Of a DNA stretch of 43,673 nt, positions 1 to 9,375 are shown piece after piece (position 1 is the first letter of the stretch; every line of letters begins with the position of its first letter). The position numbers and the translations under genes were made by a program. Origin of the DNA: a virus (taxonomy: Duplodnaviria > Caudoviricetes); IMG/VR virus record IMGVR_UViG_3300020042_005083, positions 1-43,673 of that record; one strand, written 5' to 3'. The notes beneath the pieces were generated by a model. It saw only the letters and a list, made by a program, of their open reading frames with translations, was not told the origin of the DNA and searched no databases.

Positions 1-5
1 ACACG

Positions 6-191
6 ATGGACGGCAAGCCAATGACTCCAGCCGATTACGGTCTGATTCCCAAGATGCACCGCAAAGAGGGTTGGGTTCCGCTTGCTGGCGTTTCTATTGG
101 CGACACTGGCCCAGTCAAGACGGACGGCATCGAGATGCGCGGAGCAGGATGCGCCACCAAGGGCAAGATGTCCCGTGGGCCAATGGCTTAA
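6..191 (+). CDS. Small conserved phage late-region protein (may start upstream of the window)
   Basis: C-terminal GIEMRGAGCATKGKMSRGPMA is typical of small late-region proteins of this phage type; same strand as the structural operon, 12 nt before the next gene. Confidence 0.6.
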   Translation: MDGKPMTPADYGLIPKMHRKEGWVPLAGVSIGDTGPVKTDGIEMRGAGCATKGKMSRGPMA

Positions 192-203
192 ACGGATAAA
201 GCC

Positions 204-860
204 ATGACGTACACAGAATTGGTAGCGGCCATCTCCTCTTACACGGAGAACCAATTCCCTACGGCGGACATGAATACGTTCATCGTTCAAGCAGAAACTC
301 GGATATTCAACACCATCCAGTTTCCTTCGCTGCGGAAGAACGTGACGGGCTTGACGACAGCCAACACTCCATATCTGGCTTGCCCAACGGATTTCTTGTC
401 GGCGTACTCAATGGCTGTTTTTCCTACGGGTGGAGCATACACATACCTGCTAAACAAGGATGTGAACTTTATCCGTGAGGCGTATCCAGTGCCATCAAGC
501 ACTGGGATGCCAAAGTATTACGCGCTGTTTGGCCCTGACTCGACCAACACCCAAGAACTGTCGTTTATCCTTGGCCCTTCTCCAGATGTTATTTACAACT
601 TAGAACTGCACTACTTTTTTTACCCCGAGTCGATTACCACGGTATCGGGTGGGCATACATGGCTTGGGGACAACTTTGACACCGTGTTGCTTTATGGCGC
701 ATTGGTCGAAGCCTACACCTACATGAAAGGTGAGCAGGACATGATGGCCCTGTACGATGGCAAGTACAAAGAAGCCCTTATTTTGGCTAAACGGTTGGGT
801 GATGGTCTTGAGCGTCAAGATGCATTCCGCTCTGGTCAGTATCGTCAGCCCGTAAACTGA
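204..860 (+). CDS. Head-tail adaptor / tail tubular protein A-like
   Basis: 218 aa; TGMPKYYA and LLYGALVEAY motifs; position at the start of the tail cluster. Confidence 0.6.
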   Translation: MTYTELVAAISSYTENQFPTADMNTFIVQAETRIFNTIQFPSLRKNVTGLTTANTPYLACPTDFLSAYSMAVFPTGGAYTYLLNKDVNFIREAYPVPSSTGMPKYYALFGPDSTNTQELSFILGPSPDVIYNLELHYFFYPESITTVSGGHTWLGDNFDTVLLYGALVEAYTYMKGEQDMMALYDGKYKEALILAKRLGDGLERQDAFRSGQYRQPVN

Positions 861-861
861 T

Positions 862-1275
862 ATGGCAATTTCACAAACGATGACGACCAGTTTCAAGGCT
901 GAACTGCCTCAAGCAGTTCATAACCTTTTGACGAATACCATTCAGATGGCTTTGTACACCTCTGCCGCCACACTGGATGCAAACACCACTGTTTACACCA
1001 CTAGCGATGAGGTTGTAGCGTCAGGCTATACAGCCGGGGGCGTTGTGCTGACTGGGGTAACGATCAGTTCAGCCAACAATGTTGCGTACATCAGTTTCGA
1101 CAACCCAGTGTTTAACGCTGCATTGACTGCGCGTGGCGCGTTGATCTACAACGTGACAGCAGGAAGCAAGTCCATAGCGGTGCTGGACTTCGGTGCGGAT
1201 AAAATATCTAACGCCACGTTTACCGTTACTTTCCCCGCCAATACTTCAAGTTCCGCAGTCCTGAGAATTGTGTAA
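862..1275 (+). CDS. Virion structural (tail-associated) protein
   Basis: 137 aa, Thr/Ala-rich beta protein with GYTAGG, ARGALIYN and VLDFG motifs common in phage tail clusters. Confidence 0.6.
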   Translation: MAISQTMTTSFKAELPQAVHNLLTNTIQMALYTSAATLDANTTVYTTSDEVVASGYTAGGVVLTGVTISSANNVAYISFDNPVFNAALTARGALIYNVTAGSKSIAVLDFGADKISNATFTVTFPANTSSSAVLRIV

Positions 1276-1283
1276 AGATTAGT

Positions 1284-1583
1284 ATGCCCACTGCGTGGAC
1301 GCTCATTAACCAAGCACAAATTGTGCAATGGTCAAATACGAGCGGCGCCATTGTTGTGTGGGATGATGCATCCGGTGACAGCGTTACTTGGACTGCGGGA
1401 AGCGCAGCGAACTGGACTTCAATTGTCAATGGCGGAACAACGTGGAATGTTATTGACCAAGCGCAACTGATCCAGTGGTCAAACTCAAGCAGTAGTATCG
1501 TGGTGTGGAGTAATGCATCTAGCGTAAATGTTGAGTGGGGGATTGGCATCAATGCACAGTGGACTCCTATTCAAACCATATAA
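1284..1583 (+). CDS. Trp-rich protein made of two ~45-aa tandem repeats, likely virion-associated
   Basis: WTLINQAQIVQWSN...NWTSI and WNVIDQAQLIQWSN...QWTPI; fits between neighbouring genes without overlap. Confidence 0.6.
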   Translation: MPTAWTLINQAQIVQWSNTSGAIVVWDDASGDSVTWTAGSAANWTSIVNGGTTWNVIDQAQLIQWSNSSSSIVVWSNASSVNVEWGIGINAQWTPIQTI

Positions 1584-1602
1584 ATAACACAGGCAGACTA
1601 CT

Positions 1603-3105
1603 ATGGCCGTCCCAAATATCTTTGCGACCCAATCAGGGATCATCCCCCTCGCGCAGTTGGATGTTAACTTTGCCACGCCAGTGACGCTGGGCATCACCTC
1701 ACTGCAACTGGGCAACACGGTTCTAAGCATCACGGGGTTGACCAATGTCGGTTCAAGTACCTTCACGGGAGCGTTGGTGGGCAATGCTGATACCGTCACC
1801 AACGGCGTGTACACAATCGGCAATCAGAACATTGATGGCATCAAGACGTTTACCTCCACTATCAACGGCAATGCTTTGTCCGCCACAACCGCCGCGTCAG
1901 TAGTTGATGGCGTTTACGTTGTTGGTAATCAGACCATCGGCGGCAATAAGACATTCAGCAACACCATCCTTGGCTCTATCAGCGGAGTGACGGGAACCTT
2001 TAGCGGAGCGGTATCGGGAACCACTGGAGCCTTTACAGGTAATGTCTCTGGAGTCAACGGCACGTTTACGGGGCCAGTCTCAGGGACAACAGGTACGTTT
2101 ACAGGGAACATACAGTCCACATCCCAAAATGGCGGTCAGTTGGCGGGGCTGCGGAATCGGGTTATCAATGGGAATATATCTGTCAATCAAAGGGGCGTTT
2201 CTGCTGGAGCAATAACAGGAACCGTGGCTTATACGGCAGACCGATGGGCATCGTTTGCTACTGGAACACCGTCTGGAACGCTCACGATGGGCCAAACCAC
2301 TTACGCTTTGGGTGGAGGGTCATCAAATACACTGTTGAGAATTGCTAGAACCTCTGGAACGTATGTTGGTTCATTGGTTGCCGCCCAAGCATTTGAAACC
2401 CTAAATTCTTATGGGTTGGCTGGTCAGACCGTTTGCATTAGTTTTAAGGCAAGAGCGGGAACAGCATATCTGGGCGCGTCATTACCAAAAGTATTTATCA
2501 AAACAGGGACGGGCACAGATCAGTCACCGACGCTGATGATAAGCAACAGTTGGACGACTGCTGCATCAACTGATGTCACCCTGACAGGAACGCTAGGCAC
2601 TTCGTTTTCTACTTTTTACGGGACAGCCACCATTCCTGCACTAACTACTCAAGTGGGTGTGCAAATTGTTTCTGTTTACACAAGTGGAACAGGAACGGCA
2701 AACGATTACTTGGATATCACAGACGTCCAACTCGAAGTCGGCCCCGTAGCCACGCCATTCGAGCAACGGCCGATTGGGATGGAGTTGGCGTTGTGTCAGA
2801 GGTACTATATTCAATTCCAAGCATCAAATTTCTTTGGAAACGGACAACTTCGTACTGGCGGTTTGACGTCCTATGCTTTTATTTCCACACCCGTACAAAT
2901 GAGAATTGCTCCAGCGGCAACACCTAATACTGGTAGTGTATATGTCGGTGATACGCAAACAGCATATACATCTCTTGGAATAAACTCCGCGCAGCCAAAT
3001 GGCATTTATTGCGCCCCAACTTTTGCCACGTCTGCTGGTACTGTGAAAGATTTCTTTATGATAGTCAACGGCGTGTCTGCTGTTGGATTAAGTGCGGAGT
3101 TGTAA
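1603..3105 (+). CDS. Tail fibre / receptor-binding protein 1
   Basis: G/T/S-rich shaft repeats (GNQTIGGNKTF, TGTFTG); RNRVINGN...DRW carbohydrate-binding-like module; VQLEVGPVATPFEQRPIGMELALCQRY motif. Confidence 0.85.
   Translation: MAVPNIFATQSGIIPLAQLDVNFATPVTLGITSLQLGNTVLSITGLTNVGSSTFTGALVGNADTVTNGVYTIGNQNIDGIKTFTSTINGNALSATTAASVVDGVYVVGNQTIGGNKTFSNTILGSISGVTGTFSGAVSGTTGAFTGNVSGVNGTFTGPVSGTTGTFTGNIQSTSQNGGQLAGLRNRVINGNISVNQRGVSAGAITGTVAYTADRWASFATGTPSGTLTMGQTTYALGGGSSNTLLRIARTSGTYVGSLVAAQAFETLNSYGLAGQTVCISFKARAGTAYLGASLPKVFIKTGTGTDQSPTLMISNSWTTAASTDVTLTGTLGTSFSTFYGTATIPALTTQVGVQIVSVYTSGTGTANDYLDITDVQLEVGPVATPFEQRPIGMELALCQRYYIQFQASNFFGNGQLRTGGLTSYAFISTPVQMRIAPAATPNTGSVYVGDTQTAYTSLGINSAQPNGIYCAPTFATSAGTVKDFFMIVNGVSAVGLSAEL
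2725..2804 (+). repeat. 80-bp direct repeat shared by the two fibre genes (copy 2 at 4673-4752)
   Basis: 76/80 identical, all 4 differences synonymous. Further shared blocks: 2089-2177 vs 4028-4116 (30 nt identical core at 2128-2157 / 4067-4096) and ~3230-3492 vs ~5152-5414. Confidence 0.95.
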
Positions 3106-3106
3106 A

Positions 3107-3493
3107 ATGTACAGACTACTTCTGAACTCAGTTTTGCTTGTTGAGCGGGAAATGGAAATTCCATTTGTCTCTGGCAACACCGACTACCAGCAATATCTCG
3201 CATGGCTTGCTGAAGGCAACACGCCTGACCCCTACATTGCACCACCGCCACCCATCCCCGCAACGGTGACGAGGTTTCAAGCGTTGGCCGTCCTTGCGGC
3301 TGGTGGCTACTTGCCCACGATCCGCACCTATATTGCCACCTTGGGCGAAGACGACATCACCCGGTTGGCGTGGGAAAATGCGACGGATTGGGAGAGGTCA
3401 AGCCCGACGCTGAACGCGCTTGCTACCATGTTGGGCTTAACCGATACTCAAGTGGACGATCTGTTTATCGCTGCTTCCAACATCAGCGCATAA
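3107..3493 (+). CDS. Tail fibre assembly chaperone 1
   Basis: ATG 1 nt after the fibre stop; NTDYQQYLAWLAEGNTP (XkdW-like) and WENATDWERSSP...QVDDLF motifs. Confidence 0.75.
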   Translation: MYRLLLNSVLLVEREMEIPFVSGNTDYQQYLAWLAEGNTPDPYIAPPPPIPATVTRFQALAVLAAGGYLPTIRTYIATLGEDDITRLAWENATDWERSSPTLNALATMLGLTDTQVDDLFIAASNISA

Positions 3494-3523
3494 TCACTTA
3501 AACGAACAATTCTTAGGATTCAC

Positions 3524-5044
3524 ATGGCAGCAACCCCCCTTCTTGGCTTGACGCTGCCCACTACTGGAACTCTTTCTGGTACTTGGGGCGAAACGGTCAA
3601 CAACGAAATTACTTCCTTGTTGGATTCTGCGGTTGCGGGGACTACCACGCTATCTACTGATGCAGATGTCACGCTGACAGCCACGGTAAGTTCAGCCAAT
3701 CAAGCCAGAGCAGCAATCCTTTCGTTTACGGGGGCTCGCACAGCCCTGCGGACTATCATTGCTCCAGCGCAGTCCAAGACGTATGTTGTCTATAACCAAA
3801 CGAGTGGTGGCTTCTCGGTCAAGTTGGCTGCTCCCGGCCCAACAACGGGTGTAACGATCCTCAACGGTGAAACTGCTGTTGTCGCGTGGAACGGCGCAGA
3901 CTTTGTTCGCATCGCTACATTGGGTGGCCCCATTACAGGCTCTACAGGTGTGTTTACGGGTGCAGTCTCAGGAACCACGTTTACAGGCAACGTCACTGGC
4001 AATGTCACTGGGAATATCTCAGGCGCGACAGGTACGTTTACAGGCAACGTGCAAATGACCTCTGCCAATGGCGGTCAGTTGGCGGGGCTGCGGAATAAGA
4101 TTATCAATGGGAATATGGGGATATTCCAGCGTGGGACGACTGCGGTTACTACTAATGGAACCTATGGCCCTGCTGATCGCTGGGAAAGTGGGTTTGTTGG
4201 CGGTTCGTTTTCAACTACTCAAGGTTCATTTGTTTCTGGTGATACGTTATACGATACAGGTGGCGCACAATTCTATACACAGATTGTCGTAACATCGCCG
4301 GGAACAGGGGCTGGCAATTATGTGTTTATTTCGCAAAAAATTGAAGACGTTCGTTTGCTTGCAGGACAAACAGTAACTGTTTCTTTTTGGGCAAAAGTAG
4401 CAAGTGGAACATCATCTATTGGTGTGAATTTGCAGCAAAATTTCGGGACTGGTGGATCGGCCACAGTTACTGGAACAGGTCAAGCGCAAGCACTTACGAC
4501 CACTTGGACTCAGTACAGCAAGACATTTACGTTGCCATCCATCAACGGAAAAACAGTCGGTACTGCAACCACACACTTTACCCAGTTGGTATTGTGGCTT
4601 GATGCGGGGTCTACATACAACACAGAGTCAGGCTCCATCGGACAAGTTTCCAAAACTGTCAGTATTGCTCAAGTCCAACTCGAAGTCGGCCCAGTAGCCA
4701 CGCCATTTGAGCAACGTCCGATTGGTATGGAGTTGGCGTTGTGTCAGAGGTATCTGCCAAGGGCTGGAATGGCTTCTGGCTGGGCCTATGGATTGAATGC
4801 AGGTCAATACGCATTTTCTTATTTGGTACAGCCAAGAGTAGCCTCAACTGGGGTAACTGTATTAACTAATGCTGTGTTAAATAGCAATGGCACCCCTCAA
4901 ACATCAAATAGTGCAACATGGGCGGGGTCTGGCACAAATTCCGCCGTTCTAAACCTTACATCAGCCGCAAACTTTTGCACATCTGCAGGTTCTGGGAGTA
5001 CCGCAATTAACGGGGACTACTTGTTTACAGGATGCGAACTATGA
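3524..5044 (+). CDS. Tail fibre / receptor-binding protein 2
   Basis: N-terminal anchor (LGLTLPTTGTLSGTWG); shares the RNKIINGN and VQLEVGPVATPFEQRPIGMELALCQRY blocks with fibre 1. Confidence 0.85.
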   Translation: MAATPLLGLTLPTTGTLSGTWGETVNNEITSLLDSAVAGTTTLSTDADVTLTATVSSANQARAAILSFTGARTALRTIIAPAQSKTYVVYNQTSGGFSVKLAAPGPTTGVTILNGETAVVAWNGADFVRIATLGGPITGSTGVFTGAVSGTTFTGNVTGNVTGNISGATGTFTGNVQMTSANGGQLAGLRNKIINGNMGIFQRGTTAVTTNGTYGPADRWESGFVGGSFSTTQGSFVSGDTLYDTGGAQFYTQIVVTSPGTGAGNYVFISQKIEDVRLLAGQTVTVSFWAKVASGTSSIGVNLQQNFGTGGSATVTGTGQAQALTTTWTQYSKTFTLPSINGKTVGTATTHFTQLVLWLDAGSTYNTESGSIGQVSKTVSIAQVQLEVGPVATPFEQRPIGMELALCQRYLPRAGMASGWAYGLNAGQYAFSYLVQPRVASTGVTVLTNAVLNSNGTPQTSNSATWAGSGTNSAVLNLTSAANFCTSAGSGSTAINGDYLFTGCEL

Positions 5045-5415
5045 ACTGGCAATACGCAACCGCTGACCTGACGGTCGCCAATCGGATCAACGAACAAGGT
5101 CAGCAGGAATCCTGCCTTGTGTCGGTTTTGCCAGAAGGCACAGTCATTGAGCCCTACGTTGCCCCACCGACACCCATCCCCAGCACGGTGACGAGGTTTC
5201 AAGCGTTGGCTGTACTCGCGGCTGGCGGCTATCTGCCCACGATCAAAACCTACATCGCCACCTTGGGCGAGGACAACATCACTCGGCTGGCTTGGGAAAA
5301 TGCGACGGATTGGGAGAGGTCAAGCCCGACGCTGAACGCGCTGGCCGCAATGCTCAACCTCACCGATACTCAAGTTGACGACTTGTTTGTCGCGGCTTCT
5401 AATATCAGCGCATAG
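5041..5415 (+). CDS. Tail fibre assembly chaperone 2
   Basis: ATGA overlap with the fibre 2 stop; C-terminal ~85 aa nearly identical to chaperone 1. Confidence 0.75.
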   Translation: MNWQYATADLTVANRINEQGQQESCLVSVLPEGTVIEPYVAPPTPIPSTVTRFQALAVLAAGGYLPTIKTYIATLGEDNITRLAWENATDWERSSPTLNALAAMLNLTDTQVDDLFVAASNISA

Positions 5416-5423
5416 GAGGCTCA

Positions 5424-5909
5424 ATGAATGATCTTCTCAACATTCTTAGAGGTATTGCACCTGCTGTTGCAACTGCTGTGGCTGGCCCTGCTGGTGGCCT
5501 TATTGTGTCTGCTCTCGCCAATAAATTCGGGGTTAAAGACGCAGTCGAAGATGTTGCCAAAGCCATTGCTAGCGATCCAGAAGCGGCTCGCAAACTGGCT
5601 GAACTTGATCTGGAAAAACTGAAGGCAGAATACGCCAACACTGCCGACGCTAGAGATATGCAGAAGATTGCGCTACAGCAGTCTGACCTCTTCTCCAAAC
5701 GCTTCACTATGTACTTGACCGTGTTCTGGTCTGTGGCGGCGGTAGCCTACGTTGGCTTTATTACGTTTGGCGTAATCCCAGAGAATAACGTCAGGTTCGC
5801 GGACACGATTCTCGGCTTCATATTGGGTACGGTTGTTTCTACGGTTTTGAATTTTTGGTTTGGCTCCAGCATTGGCAGTAAGGAAAAAGGCGAGGCACTT
5901 AGAAAATGA
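5424..5909 (+). CDS. Holin-like membrane protein (3TM holin type)
   Basis: Two C-terminal hydrophobic helices ending NFWFGSS; GGAGG RBS; ATGA-coupled to the endolysin. Confidence 0.7.
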   Translation: MNDLLNILRGIAPAVATAVAGPAGGLIVSALANKFGVKDAVEDVAKAIASDPEAARKLAELDLEKLKAEYANTADARDMQKIALQQSDLFSKRFTMYLTVFWSVAAVAYVGFITFGVIPENNVRFADTILGFILGTVVSTVLNFWFGSSIGSKEKGEALRK

Positions 5910-6412
5910 ACACCAACTTCGATGCTTGCTTCAACCACCTCATCAAGCACGAAGGAGGTTACGTTAACCACCCCAGCGATCCGGGAGGGAGGACAAACCT
6001 TGGAGTTACCCAAGAAGTGTGGGAAGATTGGACTGATCGCGCAGTAAACGAAGCCGAAATGAAGGCACTTACCCCAGAAAAGGTCAAGCCATTGTACAAA
6101 GAGTTGTACTGGGATAGGGTCAAGGGAGATAAACTGCCCGCTGGTGTTGATTACTGTGTATTCGATGCAGCGGTAAATTCAGGGGTGCGTAGAGCATCGC
6201 AGTGGCTTCAAATCGCACTGGGTGTTGAAGCAGATGGCTCCATTGGCCCAAAAACTCTTGCTATGACATTAGCCACATCCCCAGACACCGTCATCAGAAA
6301 CTACAGTGCCCAGCGTCTGAAGTTCCTGCAAGGGTTGTCCACTTGGAGCACTTTTGGTAGGGGCTGGGAACGTAGAGTTTCTGAAGTTAAGCAAACCGCT
6401 CTAGCAATGTGA
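5906..6412 (+). CDS. Endolysin, glycoside hydrolase family 108 with peptidoglycan-binding C-terminus
   Basis: HEGGYVNHPSDPGGRTNLGVT catalytic motif; FDAAVNSG; FGRGWERR. Confidence 0.92.
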   Translation: MNTNFDACFNHLIKHEGGYVNHPSDPGGRTNLGVTQEVWEDWTDRAVNEAEMKALTPEKVKPLYKELYWDRVKGDKLPAGVDYCVFDAAVNSGVRRASQWLQIALGVEADGSIGPKTLAMTLATSPDTVIRNYSAQRLKFLQGLSTWSTFGRGWERRVSEVKQTALAM

Positions 6413-6418
6413 GCCACC

Positions 6419-8686
6419 ATGCCACTTAAAAAACTTGTCTTCAAGCCGGGGGTAAACAGAGAAGCAACCTCTTATGCGAATGAGGGTGGCTGGTTCGCTG
6501 CGGACAAGATTCGATTCCGTTCGGGGCAAGCCGAGAAGATCGGCGGATGGGTGCGAGACACTGGCACTGTCGCCACCATTATTGCGGGAGTTCCGACGAC
6601 AGTTTCAACTCCACCCACAGGTGTTTTGTGGGGAATTGCCCGTGGTATGTGGAACTGGGTTACTCTGTCGGGGTACAACCTGCTCGGCATTGGGACAAAC
6701 CTTAAATACTACATTCAGAACGGTAATGGCGGTGAGTTCTATGATGTCACGCCCATCCGCGATACAAATACAGCAGTCGCAAATGCGTTTACTACCACAG
6801 TTGCATCGTCCCTCGTTCGTGTAAACGACCCCGCGCATGGTGCTGTAAGTGGCGACTTCGTCACGATCTCAAGCATCTCCCCGGTTGCTCCTGCAACGGT
6901 CAACGGCATCCCTGTCGCCACCCTAACAGGTGAATTTCAAATCACCTACCTAGACAACAATAGTTACTACATAACTGTAACTTCCCTCGCCGCATCTAGC
7001 GGGACATCTGCGGCCACTGCAACCTTGACGTATCAATTCAATACGGGTGGCAGCACGTTTACGGCAGGGGTGGGTTGGGGCGCAGGATTGTGGGGCGGCG
7101 TTGTGACTGGTGCGGTGTCGTCTACGCTAAGTGCAGCCGTTAGTAGTTCTGACACCGTAATTCCTTTGTTAAGTTCCGCATCGTTTAGCGCACCTACAGG
7201 GGCAGTGACTATTGATGGCGAAAACATTACCTATCTAGGCAATTCAGCAAATCAGTTGACTAGTTGCACTCGTGGGGCAAGCGGGTCAACCGCCGCCACT
7301 CACAGTTTAGGAGCGGTTGTACAACAGTCATCTACGTTTACGGGCTGGGGAATTGCCGCAGCAAGTTCAGCGGGGGCAGGATTACAGTTGAGACTTTGGA
7401 GTCAGTCTAACTTTGGCGAGAATTTAATCTTTAACCCCCGTGGTGGGCCGATGTGCTATTGGGATACCAATCCAACCCCCACTGTATTTGATCGCGGTGT
7501 AGAGATTAAAGCCAGCACCACAGTCGGCGGCGCACCAGTCGATGCATCGTGCCCATCGCTGGTTAACTTTATTATGGTGTCAGATGCATCACGATTTGTG
7601 ATTGCGTTTGGATGCAACGATCCTTCTGGCGTTTACGCCACCATAACGATTGACCCGATGCAGATTCGCTGGTCAGATCAAGAGAGTTACGCCACTTGGA
7701 TTCCAGCCATCACCAATCAGGCGGGTGACTATCGCTTGAGCCGGGGCTCTTTTATCATTACAGCGATCCAGACTCGTCAAGAAATCTTGATTTTTACTGA
7801 CTCAGCCATCTATTCCATGCAGTACCTTGGGGCTCCATATGTTTGGGGCTTTCAGATCATGGGAGACAACATTTCTATTTCTAGCCCCAATGCTGTTGTT
7901 ACTGTTAACAACGTAACTTATTGGATGGGTAAAGACAAATTTTATATGTACTCTGGTCGAGTGCAAACTTTAGCGTCCACCCTGAGAGAGTATGTGTTTA
8001 GTGATATTAACCTAGAACAAGGATTTCAAATTACTTCGGGCACGAACGAAGGCTATAACGAAATATGGTGGCATTACTGCTCGGCGGGCTCTAATGTCAT
8101 TGACCGCTATGTCATCTACAACCATCTAGATGAGGTCTGGTACTACGGTACATGGGATAATATCAATGGGCTGCCGCAGGGTAGAACCGCATGGCTAGAC
8201 AGCCCGCTTCGCGCATCTCCAATGGCGATGACTTATGGAATCGCAGGTAGTAATGCAAATGCCCTGCTGGTTTACCATGAGAACGGTACGGACGACAATG
8301 TGGTCACCCCTCCACTTGCCATCAGTTCGTATGTAACTTCTTCGGACTTTGACATTGATGATGGACACAACTATGGTTTTGTGTGGCGAGCCATCCCTGA
8401 CTTGACCTTTGACGGCTCATTTGTTAATGCGCCTATGTGTACTCTGAGCATTTATCCGCGCAACTTCCCCGGCTCTGCGTACAAGACGGCTGCAAGCCCC
8501 GACATTACCAGCGCACAGAACTATCAGACTGTCCGCACATATGAAGTACAGCAGTTCACCCCAGAGGTTTACACCCGAGTGCGTGGGCGGCAGTTGGCGT
8601 TTCAGATCAGTTCCGATACGCTCGGCGTACAGTGGCAGATGGGTAATATGCGTATTGATTTACGTGCAGATGGCAGGAAAGCATAA
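6419..8686 (+). CDS. Tail tube / nozzle (tail tubular protein B / stabilisation protein-like)
   Basis: 755 aa beta-rich; MPLKKLVFKPGVNRE start, IRWSDQE, C-terminal RVRGRQ...MRIDLRADG. Confidence 0.7.
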   Translation: MPLKKLVFKPGVNREATSYANEGGWFAADKIRFRSGQAEKIGGWVRDTGTVATIIAGVPTTVSTPPTGVLWGIARGMWNWVTLSGYNLLGIGTNLKYYIQNGNGGEFYDVTPIRDTNTAVANAFTTTVASSLVRVNDPAHGAVSGDFVTISSISPVAPATVNGIPVATLTGEFQITYLDNNSYYITVTSLAASSGTSAATATLTYQFNTGGSTFTAGVGWGAGLWGGVVTGAVSSTLSAAVSSSDTVIPLLSSASFSAPTGAVTIDGENITYLGNSANQLTSCTRGASGSTAATHSLGAVVQQSSTFTGWGIAAASSAGAGLQLRLWSQSNFGENLIFNPRGGPMCYWDTNPTPTVFDRGVEIKASTTVGGAPVDASCPSLVNFIMVSDASRFVIAFGCNDPSGVYATITIDPMQIRWSDQESYATWIPAITNQAGDYRLSRGSFIITAIQTRQEILIFTDSAIYSMQYLGAPYVWGFQIMGDNISISSPNAVVTVNNVTYWMGKDKFYMYSGRVQTLASTLREYVFSDINLEQGFQITSGTNEGYNEIWWHYCSAGSNVIDRYVIYNHLDEVWYYGTWDNINGLPQGRTAWLDSPLRASPMAMTYGIAGSNANALLVYHENGTDDNVVTPPLAISSYVTSSDFDIDDGHNYGFVWRAIPDLTFDGSFVNAPMCTLSIYPRNFPGSAYKTAASPDITSAQNYQTVRTYEVQQFTPEVYTRVRGRQLAFQISSDTLGVQWQMGNMRIDLRADGRKA

Positions 8687-9339
8687 TGGCAACCAGCCCA
8701 CTGATAAATCGGCTTATTCCGACTGTAGCCCCAAGGCTACCGTCTAGCCCACAGCCACCGGATAAACTGTATCTAGAGCAGTTAAACAATGTTCTTCGGT
8801 TGTACTTCAACCAGATCGATGGGAATGTAGCGGCTCTGATTGGTGGAGAGGGTGGCGCGTACATCAACAATCCGTATGGAGCGTTTTCAAGTTTTGTAGA
8901 TCAAACAGCCGTTGTCAATACGGCAACTCAACTACTGTTTGAGGTGGAAGACTTTTCAAACGGGGTGACTGCTCCGTCTTCTCAAATCACAGTTGATCGC
9001 TCCGGTATCTACAACTTGCAGTTCAGTGTGCAAGCGCAAAACCTGCAAAACAGTCCGCAAGATATGTTTATATGGCTGAAGCAAAACGGAACCGATATTG
9101 TGGGCTCTACAGGTCTGATTGGTTTACCAGCCCGTAAAGGCCCTAGCGACCCAGCGCATGACATCAAGGGTTGGAACTACTTCATGTCCATGAACGCCAA
9201 TGACTTCATAGAAATCTATTGGTCAATCGAAGACGTTCTAGTTACGATCCAGACCTACGCTGCTTCTGGTTCACCAACCAAGCCCTCCACCGCTTCTGTG
9301 GTGGCAACGATGTCATTTGTCTCCGCGCTACCTGCGTGA
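8686..9339 (+). CDS. Virion structural protein
   Basis: LNNVLRLYFNQID N-terminus followed by a beta-sandwich (GIYNLQFSVQ); coupled to the preceding gene. Confidence 0.6.
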   Translation: MATSPLINRLIPTVAPRLPSSPQPPDKLYLEQLNNVLRLYFNQIDGNVAALIGGEGGAYINNPYGAFSSFVDQTAVVNTATQLLFEVEDFSNGVTAPSSQITVDRSGIYNLQFSVQAQNLQNSPQDMFIWLKQNGTDIVGSTGLIGLPARKGPSDPAHDIKGWNYFMSMNANDFIEIYWSIEDVLVTIQTYAASGSPTKPSTASVVATMSFVSALPA

Positions 9340-9345
9340 TAACAT
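9317..9345 (+). promoter_or_regulatory. Possible sigma70-type promoter for the ejection-protein genes
   Basis: TTGTCT-17 nt-TAACAT with TG just upstream of the -10. Confidence 0.3.
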
Positions 9346-9375
9346 GATGTTTAACCATACGCTAAGAGCGGGGCA

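Noticed and set aside
2725-4752. Diversity-generating retroelement (TR/VR pair) in the fibre genes
   Set aside because: Both repeat copies are coding, the differences are synonymous and not adenine-specific, and no reverse transcriptase is present in the window
1603-5415. Invertible tail-fibre shufflon
   Set aside because: The repeats are direct, both genes are on the same strand with their own starts, and no invertase is seen
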